A stretch of DNA of 64,000 nucleotides from the human T2T-CHM13v2.0 reference genome, Homo sapiens. A program made the position numbers and the translations under genes. The stretch lies in assembly GCF_009914755.1 (NCBI RefSeq), contig NC_060940.1; one strand, 5' to 3'. Below, one piece after another: positions 15,391 through 30,600 of the stretch (the first letter of the stretch is position 1; every line of letters starts with the position of its first letter). The notes under the pieces are model-generated. The model did no database searches. It saw only the letters and a program-made list of their open reading frames with translations, and had not been told where the DNA came from.

Positions 15391-18300
15391 TTATTCCATT
15401 GGAGTCCACTTAGTGAATCCTTCAGATTCTACTCGAAGATGATTCCATTCAAGTCCATTCGATGATACCATTCAATTCCATTCGTTGATGCTTCCATTCA
15501 AGTGCATTCGATGATATCATTCGATTCCATTTGATGATAATTCCATTTGATTCCGTGCGATGATTCTATTCGATTCCATTCAATGATAATTCCATTCAGT
15601 TCAGTGATTCCTCTGGACTCCATTTGATGATGATTCCATTCAATGATTCCATTCGATTCTATTCGAAAGTGATTCCATTTGAATCCATTTGATGATGATT
15701 CCATTAGATTCCATTTGATGATTCCATTCGATTCCATGCGACGATGATTCCATTCGATTCCATGTGATGATTCCATTCTATTCTATTCGATGATGATTCC
15801 ATTCGATTCCATTCGATGATGATTGGATTCGATTCCATTTGATGATATCATTTGATTCCATTCGTTAATGATTTCGATCAATTCCATTCGATGATTCCAT
15901 TCGATTCCATTCGATAATGATTACATCCGTGTCCATTCAGTGATTCCATTTGAGCCTGTTCGATAATTCCATTTGAGTCCAACCAATGATTCCATTCATT
16001 TCCATTCAATGATTCCATTCGAGTCCATTTGATCATTCCGGTAGGGTCCATTCGATGTTGATTCCATTGGAGTGCATTCGATGATTCCATTCGAGTCCAT
16101 TTTACGATTTGATTCGAGTCCTTTCGATGATTCCATTCGATTCCACTCGATGATGATTTCATTCGAGTCCATTCGACACTTCCAATCGATTCCATTTGAT
16201 GTTTCCATTCGATTCCAATTGATGATTCCATTCAATTCCATTCGATGATGATTCCGTAGGATTCCATTCTGTGATGATTCCATGTGATTGCATTCAATGA
16301 TGATTCCTTTAGATTGCATTCGATTGTGATTCATTTCGTCTTCATTCTATGGTTCCACAGGTTTCCATTCGTGTCCATTCCATTATTCCATTCTATTCCA
16401 TTTGATGATGATTCCATTCGATTCCATTCATTGGTGATTCCACTCAATTCCATTCAATGATTCCATTCCATTTCTTTCAACAATGATTCCATTAGTTTCT
16501 AATCGATGATCCACTTGATTCCATTTGACGACGATTCCATTCTTGTCCATTCGATGGTTCCATTTGATTCCATATGATGATGATTCCATTCGATTCCATA
16601 CGATGATGATTCCATTCGAGTCCATTCAATGGTGATTCCATTCAATTCCATTCGATGATTCCTTTCGATTCCATTCGATGATGATGGCATTCGATTCCTT
16701 TCAATCATTCCCTTTGATTCCATTCAAAGGTGATTTCATTCAAGTCCATTCGATAATTGCATTCGATTCCATTCTATGATGATTCCATTCGAGTCCATTT
16801 GATGATTCCATTCAATTCAAGTCAATGATGATTCCATTCGATTCCATTCGATGATTCCATTGGATTCCATTCGATGATGATTCCATTCAAATCCATTCGA
16901 TAATTCAATTCAAGTCCATTCGATGATGATTAAAATCGAATCCATTCAAAGATTCCATTCAGTTCCATTCGATGATTCCCTTAGATTCCATTCGATGATT
17001 CCACTTGATTTCATTTACGATGATTCCATTCGATTCCATGTGATGATTCCATTCAATTCTATTCAATGCTGTTTCCATTTGATTCCATTCGACCATGATT
17101 GCCTTTGATTCCATTCAATGACTCCATTCGGTTCCTTTTGATGATGATTCCGTTCGATTCCATTTCATTATTCCATTTGATTCCATTGGATGAGTCCATT
17201 CGATTACATTCGATGATTATTCCATTCGAGTGCATTAGATGATTCCATTCGAGTCCATTCGATGATTCCATTCGATTCCATTCGATGTTGATTCTGTTCA
17301 AATCCATTCGATGATTCCACTCGATTCCATTCGATGACTCCAGTTGATCCCATTCGATGATTTCCTTTGATTCCCTTTGATGATCATTCCATTTGATTCA
17401 ATTCGGTGATTTCATTTGATTCCATTCAGTGATGTTTCCATTCGACTCCATTCGATGATGATTCCATTCGACTCCATTCGATTATGATTTCATTCAATTC
17501 CATTCGATAATGATTCCCTTCGAGTCCATTCGATGATTCCATTCGATTCCATTCAACGATGATTTGATTCGTGTCCATTCGATGATTCCATTTGATTCCA
17601 CTTGATGATGATTCCATTCGAGTCCATTTGATGATTCCATTCAATTCCATTCTCCGATGATTTCTTTTGAGCCCACTCAATGCTTCCACTCGATTCCATA
17701 TGATGATGACTCCATTCGATGAAATTCGATGATGATTCCATTCGCTTGCATTCGATGATGATTCCACTTGAGTCCATTAGAAGATTCTATTCAATTACAT
17801 TCCATGACGATTCCGTTCGAGTCCATTTGATGATTCCATTAGACTCCATTCGACGATGATTCCATTCGATGTTATTCGATGATTCCATTCGATCTCATTC
17901 GATGATGATTCCATTCAACTCCATTCGATGTTTCCATTCGAGTTCATTCTATTATTCCATTAGATTCCATTCGATGATGATTCCATTCGATTCCATTTGA
18001 TGATTGCATTCTATTTCATTTGATGATGATTCCATTCGAGTCCACTCGATGTTTCCATTCGAGTCCATTTAATGAATCCATTGGTTTCAATTCTATGATG
18101 ATTACATTGGATTCCATTCGTTGATGATTTCATTCGGTTCCATTCAATGATGATTCCATTCAATTCCTTTCAATGTTTCCATTCAATTCCATACGATGAT
18201 GATTCCATTTGATTTGATTCGACAGTGAGCCATTCGATTCAATTCCATGATGATTCTATTTGATTCCATTGGTTGACATTTCCATTCGATTCCATTCGAT

Positions 18301-21300
18301 GATGATTCCCTTTGATTCCATTCAAAGATGATTCCATTCTAGCCCATTCAATCATTCCATTCGATTCTATTCAATGATGATTCCATTCATGTCGATTTGG
18401 TGATTCCATTTGACTTCATTTGATGATGATTCCTTTCAAGTTCATTAGATGATTCCATTCGATTCCATTTGATGATGATCCCATTCGAGTCCATTCAGTG
18501 ATTCCACTCGTTTCCATTCCATGATGATTCCATTCCATTCCATGCAATGATTCCATTCGATTCCGTTTGATGATGATTTCATTCGAGTCCATTTGATGAT
18601 TCCATTTGATTCCATTCGATGATGATTCCATTCGAGTCCATTCGATGATTCTATTCGAATCCATTTGATGATTTCTTTTGATTATATTTGGTGATGATTC
18701 CATTGGAGTCCATTCAATGATTCCATTCGATTCCAATCGATGGTGATTCCATTAGAGTCCATTTAATGATTCCATTTGATTCCAGTCTCTGATGATTACA
18801 TTCGAGTCCATACGATGATTCCACTCAATTCCATATGATGATGATTCCATTCGATTCCATTCGATGATTCCATTCTATTCTATTCAATGGTGATTCCATT
18901 CGAGTACATTAGATGATTCCATTCGATTCCATTCAATGATGATTCTATTTGTGTCCCTTAGATGATTCCACATGATTCCATTAGATGATGATACTATTTG
19001 AGCCCATCCAATGATTCCCTTCGATTCCATTCGATGAGGATTCCATTCGATTCAATTCATTGGTGATTCTATTCAATTCAATTCTTTGATTCCATTCCAT
19101 TCCATTCGACAATGATTCCATTCGATTTCTTTCGATGATTCCACTCGATTCCACTTGACATTGATTCCCTTCGATTCCATTCAATGATTCCATTTGATTC
19201 CAGTGGATGATGATTGCCATCGATTCCATTTGATCACTCCATTCTATTCCACTTGATGATGATTACATTCGATTCCATTTGACGATTCCATCTGATTCTA
19301 TTCGAGGATTCCATTTGATTCCATTCGATGATGATTCCATTCGAGTCCATTCGATGATATCATTCGAGTACATCCAATGATTCCATTCGAGTCCATTTGA
19401 TGATTCCATTTGATTCCATTTGATAATGATTCTACTAGAGTCCATTCAATGACTCCATTGGAGTCCATTCAACAATTCCATTCGACTCCATTTGATGATT
19501 CCATTGGATTCCATTTGATGATTCCATTCGAGTCCATTTAATCATTACAGTCGAGTCCATTTGGTGATTCCACCGGCTTTCTTTTGATAATGATACCATT
19601 CAATTACATTTGATGATGATCCCATTCAATTTCATTTGATGATGATTCCATTAGAGTCCATTCGATGATTTCATTCGAGTCCCTTCATTGATTCCATCCG
19701 ATTTCATTGGATGATGACTCCATTCGAGTCCATTCGATGATTCCACTCGATTCCATTAGATGATTCCATTGGAGTCCATTTGATTGTTCCATTCGATTCC
19801 ATTCGATTCCTTTCGAAGATTATTCCATTTGAGTCCATTCGATGATGATTCCATTCCATTCCATTCGATGATTCCGTTTGATTCCATTCGATGATTCCCT
19901 TCCATTCCTTTCTTTGATGATTCCATTCCATTCCATTCAATGATTCCATTCGAATCTATTCCATGATGATTCCTTTCGATTCCATTCGCTGATGTTTCCG
20001 TTCAATTCCATTCGATGATGATTCCATTCGATTCCATTCATTGAGGATTCCATTTGATTCCATTCAATGATGATTCCGTTCTATTCCATTCAATGATTGC
20101 ATTAAATTCCATTCAGTGATTATCCCCTTAGAGTAAACTCAACGATTCCATTCAATACCATTCGATGATGATTCCTTTTGAGTCCATTCAATGATTTCAT
20201 TCAAGTCCATTTGATGATTCCTTTCAATTCCATTCTATGATGATTCCATTCGAGTCCATTCGATGATTCCATTCGATTGCATTCGATGATTCCATTATAT
20301 TCCAGTCAACGATGATTCCATTCGAGTCCATTCGATGATTCCATTAGAGTACATTTAATGATTGCTTTGTTTTCAATTCGAAGATGATTACATTGGATTC
20401 CATTCTATGATACCATTCGATTCCATTCAATGATGATTCCACTCAAATCCATTGGATGATTCCATTCGTGTCCATTCGGTGATTTCATTAGATTCCATTC
20501 GAGGATGATTCCATTCGATTCCATTCGATGATTCCATTCAATTCCATTCGAGGATGATTCCATTCCAGTCCATATGATCATTCCATTTGATTTCATTCGA
20601 TGATGATTCCATTCGATTCCATTCGATGATTCCATTCTATTCCATTCGATGATGATTCCATTCGAGTCCATTCGATGATTCCATTCGAGTCCATTTAATG
20701 ATTCCATTGGGTTCAATTCAATGATGATTACATTGGATTCCGTTCTATGATTCCATTCAATTCCGTTCATTGACAATTTGATTCCATTCGATGATGATTC
20801 CATTTGAGTTCATTCGATGATTCTATTCGATTCTCTTCGATGGTGATTCAATTCTATTATATTGGATGATTCCATTCGATTCCATTTGATGTTGATTCAA
20901 TTCGATTCTATTCGATGATGATTCCATTGGATTTCACTTGATGATTCTATTCGATTCCATTCAATGATGATTCACTTCTCGTCCATTGGATGATTCCATT
21001 TCATTCCATTCGATGATGATTCCATTCGATTCCATTCGATGATTCCATTTGATTCCATGCGTCGGTGAGCAATTCGATTCAATTCCATGATGATTCTATT
21101 TGATTCAATTAGATGATGTTTCCATTCGAATCCATTCCATGATTATTCCATTGGAATCCATTCGGCGATGATTCCATATGAGTCAATTCAATGATGATTC
21201 CATATGGGTCCGTTCGATGATAATTCCATTTGATTTCATTCGGTGCTTCTATTCAATTCCAGTCGATGATGATTCCGTTGGAGTCCATACGATGATTCCA

Positions 21301-21502
21301 TTTGATTTCATTTGATGATGATTCCATTCGATGATGATTACATTGGATTCCATTCTATGATTCCATTCAATTCCATTCGTTGATGATTCGATTCCATTCA
21401 ATGATGATTCCATTTGAGTTCATTCGATGATTCTATTCGATTCCGTTCGATGGTGATTCAATTCTCTTATATTGGATGAATCCACTCGATTCCATTTGAT
21501 GA
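15391..21502 (+). repeat. Canonical higher-order unit, 6112 bp
   Basis: Landmarks at 15391 and 21503; ORF 15498 recurs at 21610. Confidence 0.95.
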
Positions 21503-24500
21503 TTATTCCATTGGAGTCCACTTAGTGAATCCTTCAGATTCTACTCGAAGATGATTCCATTCAAGTCCATTCGATGATACCATTCAATTCCATTCGTTGA
21601 TGCTTCCATTCAAGTGCATTCGATGATATCATTCGATTCCATTTGATGATAATTCCATTTGATTCCATGCGATGATTCTATTCGATTCCATTCAATGATA
21701 ATTCCATTCAGTTCAGTGATTCCTCTGGACTCCATTTGATGATGATTCCATTCAATGATTCCATTCGATTCTATTCGAAAGTGATTCCATTTGAATCCAT
21801 TTGATGATGATTCCATTAGATTCCATTTGATGATTCCATTCGATTCCATTTGACGATGATTCCATTCGATTCCATGTGATGATTCCATTCTATTCTATTC
21901 GATGATGATTCCATTCGATTCCATTCGATGATGATTGGATTCGATTCCATTTGATGATTTCATTTGATTCCATTCGTTAATGATTTCGATCAATTCCATT
22001 CGATGATTTCATTCGATTCCATTCGATAATGATTACATCCGTGTCCATTCAGTGATTCCATTTGAGCCTGTTCGATAATTCCATTTGAGTCCAACCAATG
22101 ATTCCATTCATTTCCCTTCCATGATTCCATTCGAGTCCATTTGATCATTCCGGTAGGGTCCATTCGATGTTGATTCCATTGGAGTGCATTCGATGATTCC
22201 ATTCGAGTCCATTTTATGATTTGATTCGAGTTCTTTCGATGATTCCATTCGATTCCACTCGATGATGATTTCATTCGAGTCCATTCGACACTTCCAATCG
22301 ATTCCATTTGATGTTTCCATTCGAGTCCAATTGATGATTCCATTCAATTCCATTCGATGATGATTCCGTACGATTCCATTCTGTGATGATTCCATGTGAT
22401 TGCATTCAATGATGATTCCTTTAGATTGCATTCGATTGTGATTCATTTCGTCTTCATTCTATGGTTCCACAGGTTTCCATTCGTGTCCATTCCATTATTC
22501 CATTCTATTCCATTTGATGATGATTCCATTCGATTCCATTCATTGGTGATTCCACTCAATTCCATTCAATGATTCCATTCCATTTCTTTCAACAATGATT
22601 CCATTAGTTTCTAATCGATGATCCACTTGATTCCATTTGACGACGATTCCATTCTTGTCCATTCGATGATTCCATTTGATTCCATATGATGATGATTCCA
22701 TTCGATTCCATACGATGATGATTCCATTCGAGTCCATTCAATGGTGATTCCATTCAATTCCATTCGATGATTCCTTTCGATTCCATTCGATGATGATGGC
22801 ATTCGATTCCTTTCAATCATTCCCTTTGATTCCATTCAAAGGTGATTTCATTCAAGTCCATTCGATAATTGCATTCGATTCCATTCTATGATGATTCCAT
22901 TCGAGTCCATTTGATGATTCCATTCAATTCAAGTCAATGATGATTCCATTCGATTCCATTCGATGATTCCATTGGATTCCATTCGATGATGATTCCATTC
23001 AAATCCATTCGATAATTCAATTCAAGTCCATTCGATGATGATTAAAATCGAATCCATTCAAAGATTCCATTCAGTTCCATTCGATGATTCCCTTAGATTC
23101 CATTCGATGATTCCACTTGATTTCATTTACGATGATTCCATTCGATTCCATGTGATGATTCCATTCAATTCTATTCAATGCTGTTTCCATTTCTTTCCAT
23201 TCGACCATGATTGCCTTTGATTCCATTCAATGACTCCATTCGGTTCCTTTTGATGATGATTCCGTTCGATTCCATTTCATTATTCCATTTGATTCCATTG
23301 GATGAGTCCATTCGATTACATTCGATGATTATTCCATTCGAGTGCATTAGATGATTCCATTCGAGTCCATTCGATGATTCCATTCGATTCCATTCGATGT
23401 TGATTCTGTTCAAATCCATTCGATGATTCCACTCGATTCCATTCGATGACTCCAGTTGATCCCATTCGATGATTTCCTTTGATTCCCTTTGATGATCATT
23501 CCATTTGATTCAATTCGGTGATTTCATTTGATTCCATTCAGTGATGTTTCCATTCGACTCCATTCGATGATGATTCCATTCGACTCCATTCGATGATGAT
23601 TCCATTCGACTCCATTCGATTATGATTTCATTCAATTCCATTCGATAATGATTCCCTTCGAGTCCATTCGATGATTCCATTCGATTCCATTCAACGATGA
23701 TTTGATTCGTGTCCATTCGATGATTCCATTTGATTCCACTTGATGATGATTCCATTCGAGTCCATTTGATGATTCCATTCAATTCCATTCTCCGATGATT
23801 TCTTTTGAGCCCACTCAATGCTTCCACTCGATTCCATATGATGATGACTCCATTCGATGAAATTCGATGATGATTCCATTCGCTTGCATTCGATGATGAT
23901 TCCACTTGAGTCCATTAGAAGATTCTATTCAATTACATTCCATGACGATTCCGTTCGAGTCCATTTGATGATTCCATTAGACTCCATTCGACGATGATTC
24001 CATTCGATGTTATTCGATGATTCCATTCGATCTCATTCGATGATGATTCCATTCAACTCCATTCGATGTTTCCATTCGAGTTCATTCTATTATTCCATTA
24101 GATTCCATTCGATGATGATTCCATTCGATTCCATTTGATGATTGCATTCTATTTCATTTGATGATGATTCCATTCGAGTCCACTCGATGATTCCATTCGA
24201 GTCCATTTAATGAATCCATTGGTTTCAATTCTATGATGATTACATTGGATTCCATTCGTTGATGATTTCATTCGGTTCCATTCAATGATGATTCCATTCA
24301 ATTCCTTTCAATGTTTCCATTCAATTCCATACGATGATGATTCCATTTGATTTGATTCGACAGTGAGCCATTCGATTCAATTCCATGATGATTCTATTTG
24401 ATTCCATTGGTTGACATTTCCATTCGATTCCATTCGATGATGATTCCCTTTGATTCCATTCAAAGATGATTCCATTCTAGCCCATTCAATCATTCCATTC

Positions 24501-27500
24501 GATTCTATTCAATGATGATTCCATTCATGTCGATTTGGTGATTCCATTTGACTTCATTTGATGATGATTCCTTTCAAGTTCATTAGATGATTCCATTCGA
24601 TTCCATTTGATGATGATCCCATTCGAGTCCATTCAGTGATTCCACTCGTTTCCATTCCATGATGATTCCATTCCATTCCATTCAATGATTCCATTCGATT
24701 CCGTTTGATGATGATTTCATTCGAGTCCATTTGATGATTCCATTTGATTCCATTCGATGATGATTCCATTCGAGTCCATTCGATGATTCTATTCGAATCC
24801 ATTTGATGATTTCTTTTGATTATATTTGGTGATGATTCCATTGGAGTCCATTCAATGATTCCATTCGATTCCAATCGATGGTGATTCCATTAGAGTCCAT
24901 TTAATGATTCCATTTGATTCCAGTCTCTGATGATTACATTCGAGTCCATACGATGATTCCACTCAATTCCATATCATGATGATTCCATTCGATTCCATTC
25001 GATGATTCCATTCTATTCTATTCAATGGTGATTCCATTCGAGTACATTAGATGATTCCATTCGATTCCATTCAATGATGATTCTATTTGTGTCCCTTAGA
25101 TGATTCCACATGATTCCATTAGATGATGATACTATTTGAGCCCATCCAATCATTCCCTTTGATTCCATTCGATGAGGATTCCATTCGATTCAATTCATTG
25201 GTGATTCTATTCAATTCAATTCTTTGATTCCATTCCATTCCATTCGACAATGATTCCATTCGATTTCTTTCGATGATTCCACTCGATTCCACTTGACATT
25301 GATTCCCTTCGATTCCATTCAATGATTCCATTTGATTCCAGTGGATGATGATTGCCATCGATTCCATTTGATCACTCCATTCTATTCCACTTGATGATGA
25401 TTACATTCGATTCCATTTGACGATTCCATCTGATTCTATTCGAGGATTCCATTTGATTCCATTCGATGATGATTCCATTCGAGTCCATTCGATGATATCA
25501 TTCGAGTACATCCAATGATTCCATTCGAGTCCATTTGATGATTCCATTTGATTCCATTTGATAATGATTCTACTAGAGTCCATTCAATGACTCCATTGGA
25601 GTCCATTCAACAATTCCATTCGACTCCATTTGATGATTCCATTGGATTCCATTTGATGATTCCATTCGAGTCCATTTAATCATTACAGTCGAGTCCATTT
25701 GGTGATTCCACCGGCTTTCTTTTGATAATGATACCATTCAATTACATTTGATGATGATCCCATTCAATTTCATTTGATGATGATTCCATTAGAGTCCATT
25801 CGATGATTTCATTCGAGTCCCTTCATTGATTCCATCCGATTTCATTGGATGATGACTCCATTCGAGTCCATTCGATGATTCCACTCGATTCCATTAGATG
25901 ATTCCATTGGAGTCCATTTGATTGTTCCATTCGATTCCATTCGATTCCTTTCGAAGATTATTCCATTTGAGTCCATTCGATGATGATTCCATTCCATTCC
26001 ATTCGATGATTCCGTTTGATTCCATTTGATGATTCCCTTCGATTCCTTTCTTTGATGATTCCATTCCATTCCATTCAATGATTCCATTCGAATCTATTCC
26101 ATGATGATTCCTTTCGATTCCATTCGCTGATGTTTCCGTTCAATTCCATTCGATGATGATTCCATTCGATTCCATTCATTGAGGATTCCATTTGATTCCA
26201 TTCAATGATGATTCCGTTCTATTCCATTCAATGATTGCATTCAATTCCATTAAGTGATTATCCCCTTAGAGTAAACTCAACGATTCCATTCAATACCATT
26301 CGATGATGATTCCTTTTGAGTCCATTCAATGATTTCATTCAAGTCCATTTGATGATTCCTTTGAATTCCATTCTATGATGATTCCATTCGAGTCCATTCG
26401 ATGATTCCATTCGATTGCATTCGATGATTCCATTATATTCCAGTCAACGGTGATTCCATTCGAGTCCATTCGATGATTCCATTAGAGTACATTTAATGAT
26501 TGCTTTGTTTTCAATTCGAAGATGATTACATTGGATTCCATTCTATGATACCATTCGATTCCATTCAATGATGATTCCACTCAAATCCATTGGATGATTC
26601 CATTCGTGTCCATTCGGTGATTTCATTAGATTCCATTCGAGGATGATTCCATTCGATTCCATTCGATGATTCCATTCAATTCCATTCGAGGATGATTCCA
26701 TTCCAGTCCATATGATCATTCCATTTGATTTCATTCGATGATGATTCCATTCGATTCCATTCGATGATTCCATTCTATTCCATTCGATGATGATTCCATT
26801 CGAGTCCATTCGATGATTCCATTCGAGTCCATTTAATGATTCCATTGGGTTCAATTCAATGATGATTACATTGGATTCCGTTCTATGATTCCATTCAATT
26901 CCGTTCATTGACAATTTGATTCCATTCGATGATGATTCCATTTGAGTTCATTCGATGATTCTATTCGATTCTCTTCGATGGTGATTCAATTCTATTATAT
27001 TGGATGATTCCATTCGATTCCATTTGATGTTGATTCAATTCGATTCTATTCGATGATGATTCCATTGGATTTCACTTGATGATTCTATTCGATTCCATTC
27101 AATGATGATTCACTTCTCGTCCATTGGATGATTCCATTTCATTCCATTCGATGATGATTCCATTCGATTCCATTCGATGATTCCATTTGATTCCATGCGT
27201 CGGTGAGCAATTCGATTCAATTCCATGATGATTCTATTTGATTCAATTAGATGATGTTTCCATTCGAATCCATTCCATGATTATTCCATTGGAATCCATT
27301 CGGCGATGATTCCATATGAGTCAATTCAATGATGATTCCATATGGGTCCGTTCGATGATAATTCCATTTGATTTCATTCGGTGCTTCTATTCAATTCCAG
27401 TCGATGATGGTTCCGTTGGAGTCCATACGATGATTCCATTTGATTTCATTTGATGATGATTCCATTCGATGATGATTACATTGGATTCCATTCTATGATT

Positions 27501-27640
27501 CCATTCAATTCCATTCGTTGATGATTCGATTCCATTCAATGATGATTCCATTTGAGTTCATTCGATGATTCTATTCGATTCCGTTCGATGGTGATTCAAT
27601 TCTCTTATATTGGATGAATCCACTCGATTCCATTTGATGA
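21503..27640 (+). repeat. Higher-order unit, 6138 bp (6112 + one extra 26-bp monomer)
   Basis: Landmarks at 21503 and 27641; CGACTCCATTCGATGATGATTCCATT is duplicated at 23555-23606. Confidence 0.93.
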
Positions 27641-30600
27641 TTATTCCATTGGAGTCCACTTAGTGAATCCTTCAGATTCTACTCGAAGATGATTCCATTC
27701 AAGTCCATTCGATGATACCATTCAATTCCATTCGTTGATGCTTCCATTCAAGTGCATTCGATGATATCATTCGATTCCATTTGATGATAATTCCATTTGA
27801 TTCCGTGCGATGATTCTATTCGATTCCATTCAATGATAATTCCATTCAGTTCAGTGATTCCTCTGGACTCCATTTGATGATGATTCCATTCAATGATTCC
27901 ATTCGATTCCATTCGAAAGTGATTCCATTTGAATCCATTTGATGATGATTCCATTAGATTCCATTTGATGATTCCATTCGATTCCATGCGACGATGATTC
28001 CATTCGATTCCATGTGATGATTCCATTCTATTCTATTCGATGATGATTCCATTCGATTCCATTCGATGATGATTGGATTCGATTCCATTTGATGATATCA
28101 TTTGATTCCATTCGTTAATGATTTCGATCAATTCCATTCGATGATTCCATTCGATTCCATTCGATAATGATTACATCCGTGTCCATTCAGTGATTCCATT
28201 TGAGCCTGTTCGATAATTCCATTTGAGTCCAACCAATGATTCCATTCATTTCCATTCAATGATTCCATTCGAGTCCATTTGATCATTCCGGTAGGGTCCA
28301 TTCGATGTTGATTCCATTGGAGTGCATTCGATGATTCCATTCGAGTCCATTTTACGATTTGATTCGAGTCCTTTCGATGATTCCATTCGATTCCACTCGA
28401 TGATGATTTCATTCGAGTCCATTCGACACTTCCAATCGATTCCATTTGAGGTTTCCATTCGATTCCAATTGATGATTCCATTCAATTCCATTCGATGATG
28501 ATTCCGTAGGATTCCATTCTGTGATGATTCCATGTGATTGCATTCAATGATGATTCCTTTAGATTGCATTCGATTGTGATTCATTTCGTCTTCATTCTAT
28601 GGTTCCACAGGTTTCCTTTCGTGTCCATTCCATTATTCCATTCTATTCCATTTGATGATGATTCCATTCGATTCCATTCATTGGTGATTCCACTCAATTC
28701 CATTCAATGATTCCATTCCATTTCTTTCAACAATGATTCCATTAGTTTCTAATCGATGATCCACTTGATTCCATTTGACGACGATTCCATTCTTGTCCAT
28801 TCGATGGTTCCATTTGATTCCATATGATGATGATTCCATTCGATTCCATACGATGATGATTCCATTCGAGTCCATTCAATGGTGATTCCATTCAATTCCA
28901 TTCGATGATTCCTTTCGATTCCATTCGATGATGATGGCATTCGATTCCTTTCAATCATTCCCTTTGATTCCATTCAAAGGTGATTTCATTCAAGTCCATT
29001 CGATAATTGCATTCGATTCCATTCTATGATGATTCCATTCGAGTCCATTTGATGATTCCATTCAATTCAAGTCAATGATGATTCCATTCGATTCCATTCG
29101 ATGATTCCATTGGATTCCATTCGATGATGATTCCATTCAAATCCATTCGATAATTCAATTCAAGTCCATTCGATGATGATTAAAATCGAATCCATTCAAA
29201 GATTCCATTCAGTTCCATTCGATGATTCCCTTAGATTCCATTCGATGATTCCACTTGATTTCATTTACGATGATTCCATTCGATTCCATGTGATGATTCC
29301 ATTCAATTCTATTCAATGCTGTTTCCATTTGATTCCATTCGACCATGATTGCCTTTGATTCCATTCAATGACTCCATTCGGTTCCTTTTGATGATGATTC
29401 CGTTCGATTCCATTTCATTATTCCATTTGATTCCATTGGATGAGTCCATTCGATTACATTCGATGATTATTCCATTCGAGTGCATTAGATGATTCCATTC
29501 GAGTCCATTCGATGATTCCATTCGATTCCATTCGATGTTGATTCTGTTCAAATCCATTCGATGATTCCACTCGATTCCATTCGATGACTCCAGTTGATCC
29601 CATTCGATGATTTCCTTTGATTCCCTTTGATGATCATTCCATTTGATTCAATTCGGTGATTTCATTTGATTCCATTCAGTGATGTTTCCATTCGACTCCA
29701 TTCGATGATGATTCCATTCGACTCCATTCGATTATGATTTCATTCAATTCCATTCGATAATGATTCCCTTCGAGTCCATTCGATGATTCCATTCGATTCC
29801 ATTCAACGATGATTTGATTCGTGTCCATTCGATGATTCCATTTGATTCCACTTGATGATGATTCCATTCGAGTCCATTTGATGATTCCATTCAATTCCAT
29901 TCTCCGATGATTTCTTTTGAGCCCACTCAATGCTTCCACTCGATTCCATATGATGATGACTCCATTCGATGAAATTCGATGATGATTCCATTCGCTTGCA
30001 TTCGATGATGATTCCACTTGAGTCCATTAGAAGATTCTATTCAATTACATTCCATGACGATTCCGTTCGAGTCCATTTGATGATTCCATTAGACTCCATT
30101 CGACGATGATTCCATTCGATGTTATTCGATGATTCCATTCGATCTCATTCGATGATGATTCCATTCAACTCCATTCGATGTTTCCATTCGAGTTCATTCT
30201 ATTATTCCATTAGATTCCATTCGATGATGATTCCATTCGATTCCATTTGATGATTGCATTCTATTTCATTTGATGATGATTCCATTCGAGTCCACTCGAT
30301 GATTCCATTCGAGTCCATTTAATGAATCCATTGGTTTCAATTCTATGATGATTACATTGGATTCCATTCGTTGATGATTTCATTCGGTTCCATTCAATGA
30401 TGATTCCATTCAATTCCTTTCAATGTTTCCATTCAATTCCATACGATGATGATTCCATTTGATTTGATTCGACAGTGAGCCATTCGATTCAATTCCATGA
30501 TGATTCTATTTGATTCCATTGGTTGACATTTCCATTCGATTCCATTCGATGATGATTCCCTTTGATTCCATTCAAAGATGATTCCATTCTAGCCCATTCA

